Source: a virus
Lineage: Duplodnaviria > Caudoviricetes
IMG/VR virus record: IMGVR_UViG_3300031277_000003
Location: 1-55,534 of that record
DNA: 55,534 bases
Reading direction: 5' to 3' (one strand)
Program-made: the position numbers and the translations under genes
Shown: positions 26,894 to 36,984 of the stretch, piece by piece
Layout of the letters: every line of letters begins with the position of its first letter
Position numbering within the stretch: position 1 is the first letter of the stretch
Notes under the pieces: model-generated
What the model was told of the DNA's origin: nothing
The model's input: the letters and a program-made list of their open reading frames with translations, nothing else
Database searches by the model: none

Positions 26894-27340
26894 TTAATTC
26901 CTATTCATTAATTGCCATGTTATACCATTGTAAATAAACGAGGCAACCATGTAATCATTGAAATCAACGGTCCCGCTAAAATCTTTAGTTGATACTTGTG
27001 CGTAACCTGATTGTGTCCCGGTAAGCCTAAGCAAAGTAAGCGTATATGTATCATCGGTCAGTAAATGAATCTTGTTTCCAATTGCTCTATCCGTGGTTGA
27101 AATAAGATGCACCTCTAAATTAGCACCAATAACAAATGAATCGTATTTAATCAAATCTCCGGTACTAATATCAAGTGCATAACTCGGAGCAGTACCTATT
27201 ATTGGTAATGACTCACCTGCGGCGATACCCCCGCCCCGATGCAATACTGTAAGATTTTCCCCAACCTCATTATAATAAGTCGTTGGTATAGCCTCTACAC
27301 CGAAATCTGTTTTAGGCGCTACCCATACTTCACCTGCCAT
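26894..27340 (-). CDS. Tail protein
   Basis: WVAPKTDF...YNEVGENL N-terminal motif common in tail proteins. Confidence 0.6.
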   Translation of the reverse strand: MAGEVWVAPKTDFGVEAIPTTYYNEVGENLTVLHRGGGIAAGESLPIIGTAPSYALDISTGDLIKYDSFVIGANLEVHLISTTDRAIGNKIHLLTDDTYTLTLLRLTGTQSGYAQVSTKDFSGTVDFNDYMVASFIYNGITWQLMNRN

Positions 27341-27342
27341 AT

Positions 27343-29319
27343 TTAGCTCCCGAAATCAATAGTATTTTTTGCCGTAACTTGCAACTTCAATCCATATTTA
27401 TTTATTTCAAATTGATTTCTTATTATTCTAAATTCTTCATAAGTTGATAATTTGGAATACGTTTCAATACTTGCGATATCCCCTATTTCGGTACACGGAT
27501 TCCCTTGAATAGTAATATCAATATCTCTCCTATTGTTTTTGAGTGATTGCAATAATGCGTCTGCTACTGATGCCGCAACAGTTGAATCCTGTATCAAATA
27601 ATTTTCTTTTAAATCATACTCCTGTTTATCGTATTTTGATTGTGATTCGGTATCCTCTGCTATTTCATTGTCAATTCCGACAACTGGAATTAGTTTTTTT
27701 CCGGTTATCTTATATTCAAAAGATCCTGATGTCCCTGATATTTTAGTAAATATAAGATTAGCTCCCCAAGGAAAATATTCTTCTGAAGTTAACGTCATTA
27801 CAACATCGGTATTGGTAATATCTACGCTGGCAAACTCATATACCGCATCATCTTCCCATTTAATATTTTGTTCAATCGATGTGTCTAAAGCCCCGACATC
27901 GATAGTATCAGAACTGTATATATCCCCGTCCTCTTCTTCTGGAGCAAGCGGGCATACAGGAACAATTATACTGTTTTTAACTTCTTTCATTTCCCTTCTT
28001 TTTTCAAAACAATCACCATGATCAATAGTAATGTCAGGATCTTCCGATACTTGATCTGCTGAATAAGATTCGATTACAATAACATCATCTCTATTGCAAT
28101 AACACCTACCAATACAGGCAGAAGCTATTTTTTTAAGCGCCTCGAAATAAGTTACCTTTCCCAACCATGCGTAATCTACCGTATAGCTTTCGAGTGAATC
28201 GTCAACACTCCAAGAAAGATCATTAAGTGGAATATTTACCTTTGCATGATTTAATACATATTCTGCAATTTCTTTCAGGTTTGTGCTTTCAAGTATTTCG
28301 TCGGCTTGGAAATAATTTTTTGACAATATATAAAGCCTGTCTCTTGCAGTAACAGACGCCGCAAACATACTTTCCGATGTATCCCAATTCGTGGACCAGA
28401 AAACTCCCATAGGGACATATTCAATAGATGTATCAGGCAATTTAAATCCGATATACGGAGTAATTCTCACATTTTGTGTTATTGAACTACTTAAATACGA
28501 ATCATCATTTTCGGGTAAATAGGGATTTTCTATATCTACCCCATCAACCGTAATCTCTATATTCTGAAGTTCAATTTTCATTTCATTACATGACATACAC
28601 CCAAAAGGAGAGTAACTTTCTTCTGATTCCGTTTCCTCAAGGATATTCATTGATACGACATCGCCACCATACAAGGTGCTCGTCAGCACTCCAAAAAATT
28701 CGACAATCTTTCCTATCGTACCGCTAGCAGACCATTGGTTTAATTTTAAAACCATGTACTTTGCTGTTGTTATATCGTCAGAAACAAAGTCGAGCATTGT
28801 CTCAACCGAAGTTCCGGCAAAATTGGTAACTGGATTCAAAAGAACATCGCCTTCATCATATATAAAAACGTCGAAGTCAACCGGGTATTCTTCCAACGTC
28901 GGTTCACCGACAACGATTAATTTTTTAATTGATCTTGCCTCCGCAAACTTGACGGTAAGTTCCGGCTCTTCGCTAAAAATACCGTCACTATCACTCACAT
29001 CTTCCGTATACCATCCAACTTGATTATAAGCCGCCTCTTCAACGGTCCCAGGAACAGGGTAGAAGGTTCCGTCATTTATAAGCGTCCCGTCATTAATAAC
29101 GTATTTGTGCGGTGTTGATAATTTAGTATCAACCGTATGCAATAATAAATCATCCACTACCGTTGATCCAAGATCACCAAAATTATTTACATCATCAGAG
29201 GTAACTTTATTACCTGATAAAACAAACGGATCAGTCCAAAGGAAATCTACCCTTACCTTTGGTTCTCTATCTGCGGCATTAGCGGCAGTAGTAAATTCAG
29301 CACTTGGAGCGGTTAACAT
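27343..29319 (-). CDS. Baseplate hub / tail tip protein
   Basis: YVPMGVFW...VTARD...GNPCTEIGD motifs; second gene after the tape measure gene. Confidence 0.75.
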   Translation of the reverse strand: MLTAPSAEFTTAANAADREPKVRVDFLWTDPFVLSGNKVTSDDVNNFGDLGSTVVDDLLLHTVDTKLSTPHKYVINDGTLINDGTFYPVPGTVEEAAYNQVGWYTEDVSDSDGIFSEEPELTVKFAEARSIKKLIVVGEPTLEEYPVDFDVFIYDEGDVLLNPVTNFAGTSVETMLDFVSDDITTAKYMVLKLNQWSASGTIGKIVEFFGVLTSTLYGGDVVSMNILEETESEESYSPFGCMSCNEMKIELQNIEITVDGVDIENPYLPENDDSYLSSSITQNVRITPYIGFKLPDTSIEYVPMGVFWSTNWDTSESMFAASVTARDRLYILSKNYFQADEILESTNLKEIAEYVLNHAKVNIPLNDLSWSVDDSLESYTVDYAWLGKVTYFEALKKIASACIGRCYCNRDDVIVIESYSADQVSEDPDITIDHGDCFEKRREMKEVKNSIIVPVCPLAPEEEDGDIYSSDTIDVGALDTSIEQNIKWEDDAVYEFASVDITNTDVVMTLTSEEYFPWGANLIFTKISGTSGSFEYKITGKKLIPVVGIDNEIAEDTESQSKYDKQEYDLKENYLIQDSTVAASVADALLQSLKNNRRDIDITIQGNPCTEIGDIASIETYSKLSTYEEFRIIRNQFEINKYGLKLQVTAKNTIDFGS

Positions 29320-29720
29320 TATACCTCTGTAAAAACAAGCGACAAACTTTTGTATACTTTAGTTGTAAATCCTGTCCTAAAATCGATAAAAGAAAACGGT
29401 TCAATCACTACGACAGGTATTTCATCGTCAAAATTAGTGAACCATGTCGAATCCGTTATATACATTTTTAATTCCATTCTTGTATCTGGAGAATAATCGG
29501 TATAAATTAAATCAAGCGTATCCTGGTCTATATATTCATAGCTTATTGTAAATGTGTATTTCAGTGATGTTGTATCTCTTTTTAAGCTTCCATCAAGCGT
29601 TCTATCGGAGCTTCCGAATCTTTCAAAACTTCTTTGAACCTCCCGTGCATACGTTGATATCAACACTGCGTCGGATTCAACACCTTCAGGGTACAGATAA
29701 ATTTCGCCTTCTGCTGCCAT
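29319..29720 (-). CDS. Distal tail protein
   Basis: RTLDGSL...LVFTEV; directly after the tape measure gene. Confidence 0.65.
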   Translation of the reverse strand: MAAEGEIYLYPEGVESDAVLISTYAREVQRSFERFGSSDRTLDGSLKRDTTSLKYTFTISYEYIDQDTLDLIYTDYSPDTRMELKMYITDSTWFTNFDDEIPVVVIEPFSFIDFRTGFTTKVYKSLSLVFTEV

Positions 29721-31984
29721 TATACTATTGCCCCGCGGCGAGAAAGTTCATGTTTTATATTCTTGTCTATCTGAATAGCAAGATCGCGCATTGCAGCATT
29801 GTTTCCTATAAAATTGCCATGTAAATTTACCATAATAGTAGTTTTACTACCACCGGAAGATATCTTTGATAAAATATTATCAAGCCTTTGCGATGTATCA
29901 GCCGCCACAACCCGTTCACCTTTTTGTAGTAACCATGTTCCGGTTTCTGGCACGCTTTCAATTCCATCATGCGCCATACCAGCCAGCATTGCAGCGGTTA
30001 CACCGCCAACCATAGGTTGTGTAACCGCTTCAGCGGCAGCCATTGCACCCGGAGCCATAGCCCAACCGACATACGGAATAGCAGCGGCTGATGCATAGGC
30101 GTTTATTCCAGCAAGTAATGACCCCGCCTCTGCCGCAGCAACCATTTCTGGTATTGCGGCGGCATGGACTGCTTTATTCGCTGCAATTTTTGTAATCTTA
30201 TATACCAACCATTGAGCGATCATTTCTCCGATTGCTGATAGCATTGATTTTGCTATTCCAAGAGCCATATTTTTAAATGATTCCTCAAGGTTCTCGGAAT
30301 CCATTATTGCCGATGCAAAAAAATCACCAAACTGTGAAGATAAATTACTTATAGAATCACCAACAATCTGATCCATATTTTTCATATTGTTTTCGAGTGA
30401 TACCAAATAATTATCCCAATAGCTTTCATTAAATTCATTATTTATTTTTTCAAGTTCCGCAGTTTTGATTCGTTCTATTTGTTGCCGCTCTTCACTGTCC
30501 TCTTCATATAATTCTTTCAACTTTGCGAATTTATATTCATGTAGTTTCAACTCTCGTTTATGATTGTCTTTTGTATTGTTTATTTCCGCAATATCTGCTT
30601 CTTCAATGTATTGTCTCAATACCGCGTCTCTTGCAATATCCTCTTTGAGCTGCCTATCATTTTCTGCTGCTATCGCCGCATTTGAATTTTTTATTAATTC
30701 AAGTCTTTGCTTGTTTACTTTCGATGTTTCTTCAATAACCTTTCCAAAATCAGCCCAAGAAGTATCTTCTCCAGTTAGCTTCTTATTAAGTGCAATCATT
30801 TTCTGATTGAAAATTTCTTGTGCGGCCAATTTATCACCGGTGATTTCGATAAATTCATCTCGGTCTTTTTCGTATTCCGATTTTAGCACATTGAATATTT
30901 TAGGTGTTATCTTATCAAGGCTTGAAAAGGCCAATTTATATTTATTGACAACTTCTTGTCCGATCTCACCACCGACATCACCAGCGTCAACATTAGAAAG
31001 TGAACCTATTTCCTCTTTTAATATTTTTATTTGTGCTCGTGCCGATCCTATAGTATTAACAAAAGCACCCTCTGATGTCATTGTTGCAAAGGTTTTTACG
31101 CCAGCCTCCTCGGCGTCTTTAAGTGCAGCTTCAAGCGAAATTAGCTCTTCTTTAAGTTTATCGATATAAGGAGTCTCCTTAACTTCTCGGTCTGCGGCTT
31201 TGAAAAAACTTGAAATTGCAATAGTGGCACCGGTTATTCCTTGCGTTACCGCTATTATAGTTGGAGCTAATTCAATAAAAGCAGAAGTGAGCTGTGTTTT
31301 TATTATTCTTGACATCGTATCCATTTTGTCATTTGCAATTTCAGCGTTTTTGATTAAATCTCCATCGATTACAAGGCCAAGATCTCTTGCTTCCTTTCTT
31401 AATTGTTCGTAATCATCTACCATTATTGATATTCGTTGACCCGATCTTCCAAATGCCGCAGCGGCAATTGCTGCACGGTCTGAAGAATTAGCAACATCTT
31501 TCATTGACTTGAAAACAAGATCAAGTGCTTCATCAGTAGATTTTGCCGATGTCACTTGACCCATCAATGCTTTATTTGTTTTATTCAGGTATGTATATAA
31601 TGCACCGGTACCTGCTCTCAATTCACCAACGCGCTTATTGAATTGCTGCATACCTTGATCAAGGTCTCCGAACGCTATTCCTGATAAGCTTGCTGCATGT
31701 CTCATTTCTTGAATGGTATCAGTGGTAACACCCGCTGTTTTTGATACCTTTCCTATTGCGTCGGCAGAAGACAGGCTCATTTTTGTAAAAGCGATTGCCG
31801 CCGCAGGTGCCGCAATCGCTATCCCCGCAGCCCACGCATCTATTCTTTTCATTGAGTTTTTAAATGATGCGCTTATATCGGAAGATGCTTTTTTAGATTT
31901 GCGCGAGGCTTGATCAAGTGGCCCTATAAAACCACCTGTTTTCGCGACAAGGTCCAAAGTCAAAACTCCAAGTGAACTTGCCAT
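29720..31984 (-). CDS. Tape measure protein
   Basis: SLGVLTLDLVAKTGGF start, Ala-rich helices, and GMAHDG...GTWLLQKGERV C-terminus. Confidence 0.92.
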   Translation of the reverse strand: MASSLGVLTLDLVAKTGGFIGPLDQASRKSKKASSDISASFKNSMKRIDAWAAGIAIAAPAAAIAFTKMSLSSADAIGKVSKTAGVTTDTIQEMRHAASLSGIAFGDLDQGMQQFNKRVGELRAGTGALYTYLNKTNKALMGQVTSAKSTDEALDLVFKSMKDVANSSDRAAIAAAAFGRSGQRISIMVDDYEQLRKEARDLGLVIDGDLIKNAEIANDKMDTMSRIIKTQLTSAFIELAPTIIAVTQGITGATIAISSFFKAADREVKETPYIDKLKEELISLEAALKDAEEAGVKTFATMTSEGAFVNTIGSARAQIKILKEEIGSLSNVDAGDVGGEIGQEVVNKYKLAFSSLDKITPKIFNVLKSEYEKDRDEFIEITGDKLAAQEIFNQKMIALNKKLTGEDTSWADFGKVIEETSKVNKQRLELIKNSNAAIAAENDRQLKEDIARDAVLRQYIEEADIAEINNTKDNHKRELKLHEYKFAKLKELYEEDSEERQQIERIKTAELEKINNEFNESYWDNYLVSLENNMKNMDQIVGDSISNLSSQFGDFFASAIMDSENLEESFKNMALGIAKSMLSAIGEMIAQWLVYKITKIAANKAVHAAAIPEMVAAAEAGSLLAGINAYASAAAIPYVGWAMAPGAMAAAEAVTQPMVGGVTAAMLAGMAHDGIESVPETGTWLLQKGERVVAADTSQRLDNILSKISSGGSKTTIMVNLHGNFIGNNAAMRDLAIQIDKNIKHELSRRGAIV

Positions 31985-32293
31985 CTATTGCCATTCCTTT
32001 AAATCGTCTGCCGTCAATTCCGGTTCATCAAGATGCGGCGCGAAATCATATATCTTATACGGAGGAGTATTTTCAGGTCTGTACCTGTTCGCAATCATTT
32101 GAGTAATTTGTGCCATTGAATTTTCAATCCTCATCCCAACGTGCAAAGATCCGCGGCGGTTTCTATATGCAATCCAGCTCGTAAATTCTTCGTAGCTGAT
32201 ATTATTCTGTGCCTCTTCAATCGTCTTTCCTCCGATACCACATAATACAAGTTCATGCCAAAGCTCATCTATCGGCGTCAGATCTTCTTTTTT
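31985..32293 (-). CDS. Tail assembly chaperone, frameshifted extension (lambda gpGT-like)
   Basis: Slippery A-AAA-AAG at 32293-32287. The -1 frame reads EDLTPIDELWHELVLCGIGGKTIEEA...KEWQ and stops at the tape measure start. Confidence 0.85.
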   Translation of the reverse strand, partial: KKEDLTPIDELWHELVLCGIGGKTIEEAQNNISYEEFTSWIAYRNRRGSLHVGMRIENSMAQITQMIANRYRPENTPPYKIYDFAPHLDEPELTADDLKEWQ

Positions 32294-32673
32294 TTTATTG
32301 CTCCGTTGACCTCTCCAATTGCGGCAAGCAGGGCAATAGTAAGGCTATGATTCAAAGGCCCTCGTTCCCTTATCTTTGCTTTCCTATCTTTCTCTTCTTT
32401 GGTATCGCCTTTTTCGTCTACCACGTTCCCGGTAATATCCTCAACACTGAAAACCTGATTTCCGTTTTTATCACAGATACACGATGCGATACGCCCGGCA
32501 ATGACTTCCCCGCCGAATTGACGAACATCGGATACCGCCGATTTATAAGAAAGCTTCCTCACATAAGCGGTCGCGGTAAGTGTCTCGCCGTCCTGTTCCC
32601 ATTTAATTTCTTTTTCAACAGGAGCGCCGGTAAATGCACCGGCACCCTGAAGAGAATTAATACTTAATTCCAT
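32278..32673 (-). CDS. Tail assembly chaperone (gpG-like)
   Basis: GAFTGAPVEKEIKW...IAGRIASCICD; lies between the tail tube and tape measure genes. Confidence 0.85.
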   Translation of the reverse strand: MELSINSLQGAGAFTGAPVEKEIKWEQDGETLTATAYVRKLSYKSAVSDVRQFGGEVIAGRIASCICDKNGNQVFSVEDITGNVVDEKGDTKEEKDRKAKIRERGPLNHSLTIALLAAIGEVNGAIKKKKI

Positions 32674-32674
32674 A

Positions 32675-33148
32675 TTACACGCTCTTTTCGGTCCACGTTG
32701 AAGTCCCGGTACGCTGCAGCGCGATGGTTGATTTTACAACACTGTTCGTGTTGAAATCCATCGGGAAATCGGCAACATAAGCATTGAACTGAAACCATGT
32801 CCGGCTTGTCGCCAAAACATAATCCCCGCTCGAATCGACATCGGCATCAACGGTCCCATCAGACCAACCAATAGCCCATTCGAGATATTCAACCGTATCA
32901 TCGATTGAAAGCTCGTGGAGCCTGATGTGGCTCGCGTTCGTAGGATCGGCATTGATCTCCATAGATGCCTGTCCAGGGGTGCGTAGCCCACGCATAAACG
33001 TCTTTACCGTATCGGTAAGAGAAGTAGTCTCAATCTGATCTGCAGGCGCCCCTCCGGGGTTAAACGTGGTTACACTCGTAACCTCGACAATCGAATCATC
33101 TTCAGGATCGATAAAATAAATCTGTGTTCCTTGAGTTAATTTAGCCAT
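32675..33148 (-). CDS. Major tail (tube) protein
   Basis: TQGTQIYFIDP...QIETTSL...GLRTPG...GWSDG motifs. Confidence 0.88.
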   Translation of the reverse strand: MAKLTQGTQIYFIDPEDDSIVEVTSVTTFNPGGAPADQIETTSLTDTVKTFMRGLRTPGQASMEINADPTNASHIRLHELSIDDTVEYLEWAIGWSDGTVDADVDSSGDYVLATSRTWFQFNAYVADFPMDFNTNSVVKSTIALQRTGTSTWTEKSV

Positions 33149-33158
33149 AATTTTCTCC

Positions 33159-33524
33159 TTATCTGGCTGTGAAAAAGTTTATATCGAAAGAATACCTATA
33201 ATGACCTGTTGAATTATCTATCTGTTCCCCCCTCCAGGCTGTAATATGAGCGTATGGCTCAAGCGCATCCCTCAAAGCTTCCGCCCCTGATCTTGCCGAT
33301 TCAGCACTCGACGCGTAAATATCCATCTGCACAAGAAAGTTATCAATATCAGGGGAATTACCGATATAATTTTCTGGCGTACCTCCTATTATTTGCCATA
33401 CCGCATAAGGCAATGTGACCCCCTCCGGAGCACTGCCAAACGGAAAAACTCTTATCGGGCTCGTTCCGAATACGGTTTTTACCGTTGCATCACCAGCTAT
33501 TATAGCAAATAATGGAGGGTACAT
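33159..33524 (-). CDS. Tail terminator (DUF3168-like)
   Basis: PFGSAP...PYAVWQ...QMDIYA motifs; synteny. Confidence 0.85.
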   Translation of the reverse strand: MYPPLFAIIAGDATVKTVFGTSPIRVFPFGSAPEGVTLPYAVWQIIGGTPENYIGNSPDIDNFLVQMDIYASSAESARSGAEALRDALEPYAHITAWRGEQIDNSTGHYRYSFDINFFTAR

Positions 33525-34000
33525 TATGCTGCCACCTTCTTGGCATTTTTAATTGCCCTGTCGATCGCTTTTTTATATTGACCTATAAACTCATTTGTTG
33601 CCGCCGAAATATTGTTTTCGAGCGCAGGCCGCATGAACGGATGTGCAGACATTTTCTCTGTACCGAATTCAATCAATCGCCAATGCGGTGTCGGTGCTTT
33701 CGGTGAAATATCGCCGCCCTTATTTAACTGCGCACCATGCAAAACACCTACTCGAAACATCAAATTTCCTAATCGTTTGAAAGTTCTATTACTAAATCTC
33801 ACAGCTATATTGCTTTGAATACTTCTACCGGTCGCCGGATCGTCTATTGTAGCCGCGGATGTTTTAGCCGCATTTGCCACAAGGTTGGCAGCTTTACGCA
33901 ATGCAAATCGACCGCCCTTATATTTGACATCGTTTTTTATCGATGCAAACTTACCCAAAAGCTCATCTAACCCTTTAAGTTCAAATTGAGTATCAGGCAT
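33524..34000 (-). CDS. HK97 gp10-like tail component
   Basis: EFGTEKMSAHPFMRPAL motif. Confidence 0.9.
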   Translation of the reverse strand: MPDTQFELKGLDELLGKFASIKNDVKYKGGRFALRKAANLVANAAKTSAATIDDPATGRSIQSNIAVRFSNRTFKRLGNLMFRVGVLHGAQLNKGGDISPKAPTPHWRLIEFGTEKMSAHPFMRPALENNISAATNEFIGQYKKAIDRAIKNAKKVAA

Positions 34001-34328
34001 CTATTACCTCGGCAAGCATAAGGGTAAGATATTCAAGCCCGGAATCTTTATCAGATAACGGAGGGCCAACTATTTCATACGTTTTCGTTCTAAATTGAAT
34101 TCTCATTCCCGCGGTAATATCGGATCGATACCTTATTACTGCCCGTACAGACGTTTGATTTTGAGTTGTAGCGGACGCGATAAACTCCTTTGTTGAATAC
34201 GATTCGAACGATCCCCAAACAGTATCGAGTTCAGTCCAGGTCAATTCCATATCGCCGGTATCGGAATCCTGCTCTTCAGTAGATTCCAGTATCGTTAATC
34301 GGTGACGTAATTTTCCGGCCTCAAGCAT
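33993..34328 (-). CDS. Head closure / head-tail adaptor
   Basis: AGKLRHRLTI...IRYRSDITAGMRI motifs. Confidence 0.9.
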   Translation of the reverse strand: MLEAGKLRHRLTILESTEEQDSDTGDMELTWTELDTVWGSFESYSTKEFIASATTQNQTSVRAVIRYRSDITAGMRIQFRTKTYEIVGPPLSDKDSGLEYLTLMLAEVIDA

Positions 34329-35018
34329 TTAAGCCACTTTTCTCATTATTCTTCTGTTAAATTTATTAATATGATGCCTAAAACTCAAACAACAGTTTTT
34401 TCTTAAATCCTCATCGATTGAATAAATACTCAATCCTGTTTTCCATAATATAAAGGGGAAACTTATTTGATCTCTATAATGATCATTTAACGATATTTCA
34501 TTCCACCATAATTCCATTGCATCTGAAATTTCTTTTTCATTATGCCTTCGAAACAATACTCCGCATTCATAAAGACCGAATTTTTCAGGCATTCCAATTT
34601 TTATATATTCTTTTAAGTTATTAAAAATATGTGATATCTCACATTTATCAACTTCTATAACTCGCTCCATCTCTTTATAAATACAATTCCTTTTTGGGTG
34701 TAAATGCAATGCCATGTTATACCCATCAAGATAACTATTGCATTTATCTACAATATTATTTTTAGGAATTACATTCCCATCCACCCATATTGATATTTCG
34801 TAATCTTTAAATATCCTATGCGGTAATATCTTTGGATATTTTGCTATTAGAACAGGATTTTTTCCGTTAAATTCAAATGGCACTATCTTCCATATTTTTG
34901 ATCTTATAATTTGATCAGTAAAACATATATAGTCAACATTAGGTATCGGTTCGGGATCTCTTAAAATATCCTTTGTGTGACCTGCAATTGCCGTATATAT
35001 AACTATTTTGTTATTCAT
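34329..35018 (-). CDS. Glycosyltransferase-like protein (DUF616 / TOD1-MUCI70)
   Basis: IYTAI...DYICFTD...KILPH...SIWVDGN...HPKRNCIY...RDQISF. Confidence 0.85.
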   Translation of the reverse strand: MNNKIVIYTAIAGHTKDILRDPEPIPNVDYICFTDQIIRSKIWKIVPFEFNGKNPVLIAKYPKILPHRIFKDYEISIWVDGNVIPKNNIVDKCNSYLDGYNMALHLHPKRNCIYKEMERVIEVDKCEISHIFNNLKEYIKIGMPEKFGLYECGVLFRRHNEKEISDAMELWWNEISLNDHYRDQISFPFILWKTGLSIYSIDEDLRKNCCLSFRHHINKFNRRIMRKVA

Positions 35019-35080
35019 AAATTAATTCTTGCTCGATATTGCTATCGATATTTTTGAAAAAAGGAATTATTACAGATAAT

Positions 35081-35779
35081 TTATACAAATTTTCTCTCCA
35101 TTAAATCAATGTAAACTTCAGCGTCATCGCACCATTGCACCAATTTTAAATAATCTTTGTCCAGTTTATAGTATTGGATTAATCCACCAATTCCGGCATT
35201 TTCACGTCCAGGCATTCCCTTTATAGAACAATGAAGTTTTAAATCACGGCCATTCTTTAATAATCCAGTATTGTTTTTCCATAATCTTAAATCGATAGAA
35301 ATATTTCCCGGAATAGACTTTATCAAATTTGGAATAAATGACTTATTAAAAGCCGTTTGAGAAAGTGAAGCATGGGTATTTTTTCCCATTTCACGATAAC
35401 CGGGAACTTTCACATTGTAATAATTTGTTCCCCATAGCCCGACAAGATCACACTGTTCGAGAAGGCTATGCATAAAAAATATATAGCCATTAGAATACCA
35501 GTCATCATCTTCCATTATCAGTACATCATCACATTTAACTTCTGATAATGCGGCTAAAAGATTTCTTCCTATACTATACCCTGATTCATTTTTGCTTTTC
35601 TCTTTCCTGATATAATGAGCATATTCCGGCAACCCGTCAGTTCCGTATGGCGTATCACCATCATCAACGATAATCCATTGATCAGGTTTCATTATCTGAT
35701 TTTTCATCCACCGGTCACGCAACAGTCCGAACGCAAGCGGCCTGTCACCGGTTGGTGTTATGACGGTAATTCCGTTCAC
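35081..35779 (-). CDS. Glycosyltransferase family 2-like
   Basis: ITPTGDRP...WIIVDDG...IMEDDDWY. Confidence 0.85.
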   Translation of the reverse strand: MNGITVITPTGDRPLAFGLLRDRWMKNQIMKPDQWIIVDDGDTPYGTDGLPEYAHYIRKEKSKNESGYSIGRNLLAALSEVKCDDVLIMEDDDWYSNGYIFFMHSLLEQCDLVGLWGTNYYNVKVPGYREMGKNTHASLSQTAFNKSFIPNLIKSIPGNISIDLRLWKNNTGLLKNGRDLKLHCSIKGMPGRENAGIGGLIQYYKLDKDYLKLVQWCDDAEVYIDLMERKFV

Positions 35780-36318
35780 TTTAAAACATCCTCAAGGTTT
35801 GCAATTTCAAAACAATCCAATTCGGTATACCGGCTACAATTATAGATTTTAACACCAAGCTTTTTTGCAGAATCCGATACCCGCTTAAAATGGCCTTTCC
35901 ACATATTAACTTTATCTTTATTTGGATTGCGTAATTTTTTTCCGATATGATCACCGTGCCAGTGAATACCGTTTTTCAATGAGCAATCATACCCAAGAAG
36001 AGCAATATTTTTAAACCCTTTGAATATTCCGAACTGTATAGCACGCATACCGGAATTGTAGCCGCCTGAAGCGAAATGAAAATTTATTTTATACTTATTC
36101 GCTGCGGTTGTTGAACAGGTCCATTTTTCTACGTCAATATTTATTTTATTGAAATAGATATCCCACCATTTAGTATCACCGGCGTAAATATAGTCACAAA
36201 AAGAAGCGATTTCCCATGAGTTATTAACGGCAACGGTTTTTATACTGCTCTGTTTTACCAACTCACAATCATCAGCGGTAAGACTCGGCCCTGATGCTAT
36301 GCAGAAAAGATCAATCAC
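35776..36318 (-). CDS. Maf/DUF115 (GT29-like fold) transferase
   Basis: IASGPSL...AVNNSW...NSGMRAI...LLGYD...IYNCS. Confidence 0.7.
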   Translation of the reverse strand: MIDLFCIASGPSLTADDCELVKQSSIKTVAVNNSWEIASFCDYIYAGDTKWWDIYFNKINIDVEKWTCSTTAANKYKINFHFASGGYNSGMRAIQFGIFKGFKNIALLGYDCSLKNGIHWHGDHIGKKLRNPNKDKVNMWKGHFKRVSDSAKKLGVKIYNCSRYTELDCFEIANLEDVLK

Positions 36319-36335
36319 AATATTAATACCAGTTG

Positions 36336-36620
36336 TTATATGATTATTTCAGAACTTGACTCCGACACCTTAATAATAAATGACCTTTCAGCGGTTCGCC
36401 CGTCTGAAGTTGTTATTGTATTAGTAATAACATATCGTGACCCATTAGTACCTCCAGACAGCCAAACCGTTGCAGTAGTGGTAGTGTTTGACGAGCTATC
36501 CTTAGTAATACCAGTTTGAACAACAAAAGCACTTGTACTAATCGTATCAGTATCGAGCCAATCAGACCAATTTACCTGATAATCAAGAACCTCTTGTGGA
36601 TCTTTTACAAACTGCTGCAT
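36336..36620 (-). CDS. Virion structural adaptor protein
   Basis: KDPQEVLDYQVNWSDWL...VWLSGG...GRTAERS. Confidence 0.75.
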   Translation of the reverse strand: MQQFVKDPQEVLDYQVNWSDWLDTDTISTSAFVVQTGITKDSSSNTTTTATVWLSGGTNGSRYVITNTITTSDGRTAERSFIIKVSESSSEIII

Positions 36621-36729
36621 TATAATACCTTACTATCATTTTATTTTTTTTAATCGGAGTTAACGTCAATATCACCGATTGCAAACTTCGGTTTCCGCTA
36701 CATTAGAGAATGACATTTTTTACTCCTTA

Positions 36730-36984
36730 TTAAATTATTATGCTTCTGTTTTCATAGTCTACTTCTAAAGTTCTATTATCTGTCAGAATAAATATCGTTC
36801 TTTCGTCAGGTGTTATTATTATTTCCGTTGAAACATCGAGCCCGATCCAATACCCGAGAACGTTCTCACTGTCATCGGTGGAAAACGAACTATCGGGAGT
36901 CAGCGGGATAAAAAGCAAACTGGTTATCCCGAACGTAGCCAGGTTCATGGCGCTTCTCCGGAGATCGACGGTATCGAAAGCCAT
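36730..36984 (-). CDS. Hypothetical virion protein
   Basis: Translationally coupled within the structural operon. Confidence 0.6.
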   Translation of the reverse strand: MAFDTVDLRRSAMNLATFGITSLLFIPLTPDSSFSTDDSENVLGYWIGLDVSTEIIITPDERTIFILTDNRTLEVDYENRSIII

